Origin: a virus
DNA length: 6,429 nucleotides
Strand: one strand, 5' to 3'
Virus genome (UHGV): UHGV-0386119
Positions within the stretch are counted from its first letter, which is position 1. Each line of letters begins with the position of its first letter. The notes below the pieces were generated by a model that saw nothing but the letters and a program-made list of their open reading frames with translations, was not told where the DNA came from and searched no databases. Below, in pieces: positions 1 through 4,230 of this stretch. The position numbers and the translations under genes were made by a program.

Positions 1-20
1 CCGCGTCTTGACTAATTGGC

Positions 21-52
21 GAAAAAAGAGAATGTTTTTTCTTTTTTTCTTC
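21..52 (+). other. A-tract/T-tract imperfect hairpin immediately downstream of the wrap-around VP1 stop (weak terminator-like element)
   Basis: GAAAAAAGAGAA (21-32), loop TGTTTT, TTTTCTTTTTTTC (39-49) pair as an 11-bp A:T-rich stem with one bulge. It lies 6 nt after the TAA at 13-15 that would terminate VP1 in a circular molecule. Confidence 0.3.
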
Positions 53-112
53 CGACACTGCCTCATCAAGCAGAACGAGCGATATGAACAAGGGTTCTTG
101 TAGTAAAAATTG

Positions 113-150
113 TTAAATGCGTGCGCGCGCTTGCGTGTGCGCGTATTTAA
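113..150 (+). repeat. GC-rich alternating purine-pyrimidine island with internal direct repeat, flanked by inverted TTAAAT/ATTTAA
   Basis: GCGTGCGCGCGC (119-130), TT, GCGTGTGCGCG (133-143) is roughly 85% GC in a genome below 40% GC. (CG/TG)n has Z-DNA and hairpin potential. The flanks TTAAAT (113-118) and ATTTAA (145-150) are reverse complements. A related TTGCGTGCG recurs at 272-280. Confidence 0.5.
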
Positions 151-171
151 TTATTTTTAGTGCAAGGTTCA

Positions 172-203
172 TTGGACATTTCGAGCGTTCTATCTTATCT
201 TTG
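172..203 (+). promoter_or_regulatory. candidate Bacteroidetes-type promoter (-33 TTG ... -7 TATCTTTG) upstream of the 103-aa ORF / VP2 operon
   Basis: TATCTTTG at 196-203 matches TAnnTTTG. TTG at 172-174 lies at the expected distance of about 21-24 nt. This is the only such match in the long 5' non-coding region. Confidence 0.3.
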
Positions 204-293
204 CAGTATCGTAAGATTAAAAGTAAAAAGATTCTCTCCCCAGCGTATGCTGGACAAAAACAGCAACTTTGTTGCGTGCGTTAGGGATTGACA

Positions 294-334
294 GCGGTAC
301 CGTGTACCGCAAAAAGCCCGACGGCTTTAGCCGT
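294..334 (+). other. tandem GC-rich stem-loops in the AT-rich intergenic region (candidate complementary-strand origin / primosome or primase recognition site, or a transcript-stabilising structure)
   Basis: Hairpin 1 is GCGGTAC (294-300), loop CGT, GTACCGC (304-310), a perfect 7-bp stem. Hairpin 2 is ACGGC (321-325), loop TTTA, GCCGT (330-334). Both are followed by an A-rich tract (335-373) and then the first gene. Confidence 0.4.
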
Positions 335-373
335 AACGCCCAAATAAAAATAAACAATTAAAAACAAAAGATT

Positions 374-685
374 ATGGCAAAGAGAATTTTTAAAGCACAG
401 CTTAGACTCTGTCAATGCGTGCACGATCCCAAAGTTGATCACATTTGTACAAAACCTGGCTTAGCACTTACGCCGAGTGATATTAAGGCTCTGACTGACA
501 AAGGCTTAGCCGTTTCTCTACCGAATGCGCAAAATTTCCTTTCACCGCAAGAAGGTGCCAGTTGGAGTGTTGAACCGCAATTCAGACGAGATGCAACTAT
601 GTGCTCTGTATGGGAAACTGAAAAGCTTTCACAAAGGCGTGTAATGAAAGCACAAAAGTCTGACATTCAATTATATGGAGATTAA
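374..685 (+). CDS. hypothetical small protein (103 aa), translationally coupled to the downstream VP2 gene; possible scaffolding or other virion-morphogenesis protein
   Basis: Intact 103-aa ORF with balanced, non-repetitive composition. Its stop (683-685) lies 3 nt before the VP2 ATG (689), and the VP2 Shine-Dalgarno GGAG (677-680) sits inside its last codons. Same strand as all other genes. I recognise no family motif. It occupies the position between capsid and pilot genes where other microviruses place small structural or scaffolding genes. Confidence 0.5.
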   Translation: MAKRIFKAQLRLCQCVHDPKVDHICTKPGLALTPSDIKALTDKGLAVSLPNAQNFLSPQEGASWSVEPQFRRDATMCSVWETEKLSQRRVMKAQKSDIQLYGD

Positions 686-688
686 CTT

Positions 689-1873
689 ATGGGATTTTTA
701 AGTAAATTAGACCCGAATAGTTGGTTTAGCTCTGCCCTTAGCGGCGGAGCTTCTCTTATTGGTAATATTGTTGGTAATCAACAGCAGAATGCCAATATTG
801 ATAAACAGATAGCCTTCCAACGTGAAGAAAATGAGAAAGCAAGAGCGTTTAATAGAGTTATGGCAGAACAAGCAAACCAATGGAGTATTGACCAATGGAA
901 TAGAGAAAACCAGTACAATAGTCCTGCAGCTATGCGTCAGCGTCTTCGTGATGCAGGTGTCAATGCTGATTTATTCTATGGTGGTAATGCTCTAAACACT
1001 GCTTCTTCTTCCCCTTCTGTTACTCCTGTTGCCCCTGCTACACCTACGGATGTTTCCGCTATTGGACAGAAAGCTACGATTGGAGACATCACTAACAATG
1101 TTGTAAATCAATCTCTTGCAGCTGCACAGATTCGGAAACTAGAAGCTGAGAAAGGTAAGACAAGGCAAGAAACTGAGAATCTTAAGGTTGAAGGCAAGAT
1201 CCTCTCTGCTGATGCTCTTACACGTGCTGCACAGAACGAGCAAGCTTTGGAGATTGGACGATCTGTCATTTATGTAAATCACTCTATTGGAGACTTGAAT
1301 CATAAAGAAGCTGAGCTAGCATCTGCCCGTATAACTGAAGCTGCTGCTAATACCGATTTGTTGTATAAGAAAGCGGAAGAAACCAAAGCTAACATCAGAA
1401 ATATTAATGCGAATACCGCAGCTACACGTTTTGGTATGATGATGCGTACGAAAGAGTTTCGACAGCGTGTGGCAGAATTTCAGGAACAAGTACGTGTTAA
1501 TGATTCCTCTATTCGCCTCAATTATGAGCAAGCAGCTACATATTTGGCTACCCGCTCCGCTACTGTATTGAACATTAATGCAGACACCGCCCTTAAGTCA
1601 GCAGGTATTAAGACCCAATACACTTCTAGGCATGAGATGCGTGCCCGTACCAGCATGTATGGTAAGCTCGACCGCCTCATTAATATACAAGGCGATCAAG
1701 CTGCGTTTAATCTTGACTCTGATAAGACGTATAAAAACCTTGAAAGAGGTGTTAACCTTGTTACAGGTGTAATAGATTCCGTTTCTGGTGTGATCGGCTC
1801 TGCTGGCTCGTTCATTTCCGGTACAGGAATTGGACTGCCCAAGCCTGTAGGCGTTAAAGGTCTACGTAGGTAA
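689..1873 (+). CDS. minor capsid / DNA pilot protein (Microviridae VP2-like, phiX174 H analogue)
   Basis: 394-aa ORF preceded by GGAG with an 8-nt spacer. The N-terminal block ...NRENQYNSPAAMRQRLRDAGVNADLFYGG... resembles, from memory, the conserved N-terminal motif of gokusho/alpavirus VP2 pilot proteins. A long central A/E/K/Q-rich predicted coiled coil follows (AAAQIRKLEAEKGKTRQETENLKVEGK...), then a Ser/Pro/Thr linker (ASSSPSVTPVAPATPTD), and a C-terminal glycine-rich hydrophobic segment (VNLVTGVIDSVSGVIGSAGSFISGTGIGLP) typical of pilot proteins that form a DNA conduit. Position immediately upstream of rep is also typical. Confidence 0.72.
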   Translation: MGFLSKLDPNSWFSSALSGGASLIGNIVGNQQQNANIDKQIAFQREENEKARAFNRVMAEQANQWSIDQWNRENQYNSPAAMRQRLRDAGVNADLFYGGNALNTASSSPSVTPVAPATPTDVSAIGQKATIGDITNNVVNQSLAAAQIRKLEAEKGKTRQETENLKVEGKILSADALTRAAQNEQALEIGRSVIYVNHSIGDLNHKEAELASARITEAAANTDLLYKKAEETKANIRNINANTAATRFGMMMRTKEFRQRVAEFQEQVRVNDSSIRLNYEQAATYLATRSATVLNINADTALKSAGIKTQYTSRHEMRARTSMYGKLDRLINIQGDQAAFNLDSDKTYKNLERGVNLVTGVIDSVSGVIGSAGSFISGTGIGLPKPVGVKGLRR

Positions 1874-1877
1874 CTCT

Positions 1878-1910
1878 GGCGCCCTTGTTCGGGCGCCTTT
1901 TACGATTTTT
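1878..1910 (+). terminator. rho-independent terminator-like hairpin downstream of VP2
   Basis: Perfect 7-bp GC stem GGCGCCC (1878-1884) / GGGCGCC (1891-1897) with 6-nt loop TTGTTC, followed by the T-rich tract TTTTACGATTTTTT (1898-1911), 5 nt after the VP2 stop codon. Confidence 0.6.
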
Positions 1911-1927
1911 TCCAAAATCGTTCGCTG

Positions 1928-1953
1928 GAACTTGATAATATATAAGCAACTGA
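1928..1953 (+). other. candidate rolling-circle (+)-strand origin / Rep nick-site motif (phiX174-ori-like AACTTGATA followed by an AT-rich spacer)
   Basis: GAACTTGATAATATATAAGCAACTGA. The phiX174 30-nt origin is CAACTTG|ATATTAATAACACTATAGACCAC, nicked after the G. The shared 9-mer AACTTGATA lies at 1929-1937 and is followed by an AT-rich stretch, in the intergenic region just upstream of the rep gene and just downstream of a strong hairpin. This is pattern resemblance only. Confidence 0.3.
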
Positions 1954-2029
1954 CACACCTTGTGTACCAACCGTTTACGGTCATTGCGATTTGATGTAAA
2001 GTGCTCCTTCCGTGAGCTAATAATTAGTT

Positions 2030-3418
2030 ATGAATAAAGATATATTTTGCCTTAACCCTGTTATCATACAAGCTCATACTCTTGCTTACAACTTGTCTTT
2101 GTATAAGCGTTATCATACTCCTAATGGTATGGTATTTATCGATGAGGATGTTGCTGCGACATATCGTTACTATTTTCCTAAATATAAATATTCTTGTCGT
2201 CGCTTAGGTGTAACTATTGATAATGTAGATGAATTCTACATACCCACATTCGATGGTGAGACCATATCTATGTTTATGGTCGTTCCCTGCGGCAAGTGTA
2301 ATCTCTGTCGTGATAAGAAAAAACGTGAATGGTCGTTCCGTGCCATTTGTGAGAATGTATATTCTACCTCTCAGCCTCTGTTTATTACATGTACATATAA
2401 TCCTAGGCATTTGCCTAAACATGGTGTATTTAAGGAAGAGTTTCAACTATTCATGAAACGTCTTCGCATAAACTTGACTCGCAAAGGTATTGATTCCTCG
2501 AATATTCGTTATTTTGCTGTTGGCGAATATGGTCATAAGTCTGGTCGTCCTCATTATCATGCTATATTATGGTCGTTCCCTTCTGCACAGTTCCCAAACA
2601 TTAGCGCTGTATTACATTTCATCGAACGTTGTTGGAGTGTACCCACCGGAGAGTATCTTCCTGACGGTACGCCTGTCACTGACTCCCTTGGTTTTTGTCT
2701 TGTAAAACCTTGCGATAAAGGTGTTATTTCCTATGTCATGAAATACATGAGAAAAGAGCCTGCTGTCCCTAAAGGATGTCGTCCTGTGTTCTTCTTGTCC
2801 TCTCGTAAAAATGGAGGTCTCGGTGCTCGCTATGCCCGTGATTATAAAGATTTTTATATGAAACACCCTGAGTGTCTGGATATATCTGTTACAGACCCGT
2901 TTTCCGGTAAGATTGAAACTGCATTCCTCCCGTCGTATTTTAAACGATTGTATTATCCTAGTAATTCCGCTGTATTAGATAAACCTACTCGTGATGCATT
3001 TAAGAAGTTTACGCTCCTTATTTCTGAACGTATTCAGAATGAATATCAATTAAATAAACTGCTCGGAGAACCTCTTCAGCCAAAGATTTCAAAGCTTGAA
3101 AAAGAAATTTATAAGAAATTTTGGTTTTTAAAAGTACAAACCTATTGCAAACCTGAAATACTTAATCCTGATTCTCATTACTATAATCGTATCTATAAAC
3201 GTAACCTTGCTATTGAGCTGGAATTAGACTATTATATTCGCTTCCTGTCATTGGTCACCTATGATGATTCATATATTTCTATCCGTTCTGAACTGCTTGA
3301 AAAAAGAGACTTTTCTCTTAGGCGTAGATTTGCTTCAAAAGAACCGCTATCTTTAAATGATGTTAATTATAACATAATTCAGAGCATAAAACTTGCATAT
3401 GAAAAAGAAATATTGTAA
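2030..3418 (+). CDS. rolling-circle replication initiation protein (Microviridae VP4 / phiX174 gpA-like HUH endonuclease)
   Basis: 462-aa ORF with all the hallmark RCR motifs. A Cys cluster PCGKCNLC sits at aa 86-93 (about 2285-2308), as seen near the N-terminus of gokushovirus VP4. Motif I is LFITCTYN (aa 117-124), motif II (HUH) is GRPHYHAILW (aa 172-181, about 2543-2572), and motif III with two catalytic tyrosines is VISYVMKYMRK (Y235/Y239, about 2732-2746). The conserved SSRKNGGLGARY follows. N-terminal (about 80 aa) and C-terminal (about 190 aa, K/E/Y/L-rich) extensions exceed the compact gokushovirus VP4 (about 300 aa). Alternative in-frame starts exist at 2270 and 2276 (MFMVVPCGKC). 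Confidence 0.9.
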   Translation: MNKDIFCLNPVIIQAHTLAYNLSLYKRYHTPNGMVFIDEDVAATYRYYFPKYKYSCRRLGVTIDNVDEFYIPTFDGETISMFMVVPCGKCNLCRDKKKREWSFRAICENVYSTSQPLFITCTYNPRHLPKHGVFKEEFQLFMKRLRINLTRKGIDSSNIRYFAVGEYGHKSGRPHYHAILWSFPSAQFPNISAVLHFIERCWSVPTGEYLPDGTPVTDSLGFCLVKPCDKGVISYVMKYMRKEPAVPKGCRPVFFLSSRKNGGLGARYARDYKDFYMKHPECLDISVTDPFSGKIETAFLPSYFKRLYYPSNSAVLDKPTRDAFKKFTLLISERIQNEYQLNKLLGEPLQPKISKLEKEIYKKFWFLKVQTYCKPEILNPDSHYYNRIYKRNLAIELELDYYIRFLSLVTYDDSYISIRSELLEKRDFSLRRRFASKEPLSLNDVNYNIIQSIKLAYEKEIL

Positions 3419-3423
3419 ATTTG
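3392..3423 (+). promoter_or_regulatory. candidate Bacteroidetes-type promoter (-33 TTG ... -7 TAAATTTG) for the small-ORF/capsid transcription unit
   Basis: TAAATTTG at 3416-3423 matches the Bacteroides sigma-AB -7 consensus TAnnTTTG. A TTG lies about 21 nt upstream (3393-3395). The predicted start near 3430 precedes the AGGGAG Shine-Dalgarno (3437-3442) and the ATG at 3451. The motif overlaps the VP4 stop codon. Confidence 0.35.
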
Positions 3424-3450
3424 TAGTGTAATCAAAAGGGAGATATAATT

Positions 3451-3633
3451 ATGAAACTAAAACTAACATTTAAATCAACAGAAAAAACTATTAAAAAAGA
3501 AATTGAAGTAGATGCCTTCACTTTAATGTCACTATTAAATGACAAAGCCGTTATTGAAATTGCCAAACAGGTATACAATGGCGTTTTTGAGAAATCTGGA
3601 TACTATCTTCATTCTATTTCTGATAATGACTAA
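3451..3633 (+). CDS. hypothetical small protein (60 aa)
   Basis: ORF preceded by AAGGGAG with an 8-nt spacer. Lys/Glu-rich with balanced composition (MKLKLTFKSTEKTIKKEIEVDAF...). First of four end-to-start packed small ORFs between rep and capsid. No recognisable motif. Confidence 0.45.
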   Translation: MKLKLTFKSTEKTIKKEIEVDAFTLMSLLNDKAVIEIAKQVYNGVFEKSGYYLHSISDND

Positions 3634-3634
3634 T

Positions 3635-3826
3635 ATGAAAAAAGAGTACATTGTTTTATATCTTACTGTTAGCAGAAGTTATTATGGTATTCATACGCTA
3701 ACTGCTTCTTCTTTCCCTCGCGCTTATAAAGCTGCTAGAGATTATTGCAAAGCTTCTAATTTCGAACTTGTAGGTGTTGTTGAAAAACAAACCTTTAAGG
3801 ATAATTGTCAAATTTTTAATAATTAA
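3635..3826 (+). CDS. hypothetical small protein (63 aa from the ATG at 3635; the ORF track's 3539 start would overlap the previous gene)
   Basis: ATG at 3635 lies 1 nt after the upstream stop (3631-3633). The product MKKEYIVLYLTVSRSYYGIHTLTASSFPRAYKAARDYCKASNFELVGVVEKQTFKDNCQIFNN has balanced composition. No recognisable motif. Confidence 0.4.
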   Translation: MKKEYIVLYLTVSRSYYGIHTLTASSFPRAYKAARDYCKASNFELVGVVEKQTFKDNCQIFNN

Positions 3827-3829
3827 GTT

Positions 3830-4057
3830 ATGGAAAAGCCAACTAAACTTTATGGATCTCTGGAAATTGTTTCACGTGAAACACTCCAAACGTTGCTCAC
3901 TATTAATATTGGTGAACTTCGAAGACCGTCTCAACTTGAAAGTATGCGTTCTTCTATTTCGGATAATAATCCGGATTTTATTGTTCTTGCTTCGTTTGAA
4001 GAGATTGTTAACCCTTCTTATTCCCCCCTAAAGGATGAAAAAAGAACAGATCTATGA
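3830..4057 (+). CDS. hypothetical small protein (75 aa)
   Basis: ATG lies 3 nt after the upstream stop. Hydrophilic, non-repetitive product (MEKPTKLYGSLEIVSRETLQTLLTINIGELRRPSQLESMRSS...). I prefer it over the overlapping, highly hydrophobic/basic 85-aa alternate-frame ORF 3774-4031. No recognisable motif. Confidence 0.4.
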   Translation: MEKPTKLYGSLEIVSRETLQTLLTINIGELRRPSQLESMRSSISDNNPDFIVLASFEEIVNPSYSPLKDEKRTDL

Positions 4058-4229
4058 GATTGTAAAAATTGTAGCTACAGCGATTATTTCTGTAGCTGCT
4101 GTACTTTTCTTGGATAGCTGCACTGCTAGCATGTCTATCTTCAAGAATAATTCAGGTAGTTCACAGAACACCGAACAGAGTTCAACGTTACGCGCTGATA
4201 GCACTAGTATAAATATTAAATATAAATGA
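4035..4229 (+). CDS. small secreted/membrane protein with lipoprotein-like signal peptide (64 aa); candidate lysis or superinfection-exclusion factor
   Basis: MKKEQIYEIVK (charged n-region), IVATAIISVAAVLFL (hydrophobic h-region), then DSC with a Cys at position 29 (a lipobox-like L-x-S-C, atypical with D at -2). After the Cys the sequence is a Ser/Thr/Asn/Gln-rich low-complexity tail (TASMSIFKNNSGSSQNTEQSSTLRADSTSINIKYK). It overlaps the 3' end of the previous ORF by 23 nt in another frame, and its TGA (4227-4229) lies 1 nt before the VP1 ATG. Confidence 0.45.
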   Translation: MKKEQIYEIVKIVATAIISVAAVLFLDSCTASMSIFKNNSGSSQNTEQSSTLRADSTSINIKYK

Positions 4230-4230
4230 T

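Noticed and set aside
33-104. Tiny ORFs in the 5' non-coding region (for example 23-aa MFFLFFFRHCLIKQ..., 10-aa MNKGSCSKNC)
   Set aside because: Too short, homopolymer-derived, with no translation signals. The region is better explained as regulatory or origin DNA.
288-293. Perfect E. coli-type -35 hexamer TTGACA (also TTGACT at 9-14)
   Set aside because: No acceptable -10 (TATAAT-like) at 16-19 nt spacing. The predicted host uses TAnnTTTG-type promoters.
439-666. Minus-strand ORFs (439-666, 707-895, 1316-1531, 2204-2446, 2612-2866, 4052-4300, 5122-5421)
   Set aside because: All lie antisense to well-supported plus-strand genes with recognisable family motifs. Microviridae encode all genes on the packaged strand. 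Compositions are frame-artefact-like (Ile/Phe/Leu-rich from the AT-rich antisense).
2490-2705. 71-aa extremely hydrophobic alternate-frame ORF inside rep (also 2229-2456 in rep, 1578-1772 in VP2, 5168-5452 in VP1), considered as phiX174-style overprinted genes (E/K/B analogues)
   Set aside because: The T-rich second-codon-position shift of an AT-rich gene automatically yields Phe/Leu/Ile/Val runs. There is no Shine-Dalgarno or promoter context and no independent evidence. Worth only a conservation check (synonymous-site constraint) in relatives.
3539-3826. 95-aa version of the second small ORF starting at 3539
   Set aside because: Would overlap the 60-aa ORF by about 95 nt in another frame. 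An in-frame ATG at 3635 lies 1 nt after the upstream stop, which fits the compact end-to-start architecture.
3774-4031. 85-aa ORF overlapping the 63-aa and 75-aa small ORFs
   Set aside because: Highly hydrophobic/basic low-complexity product typical of an off-frame artefact. The in-register chain of small ORFs (3635-3826, 3830-4057), with 1-3 nt spacing, explains the region better.
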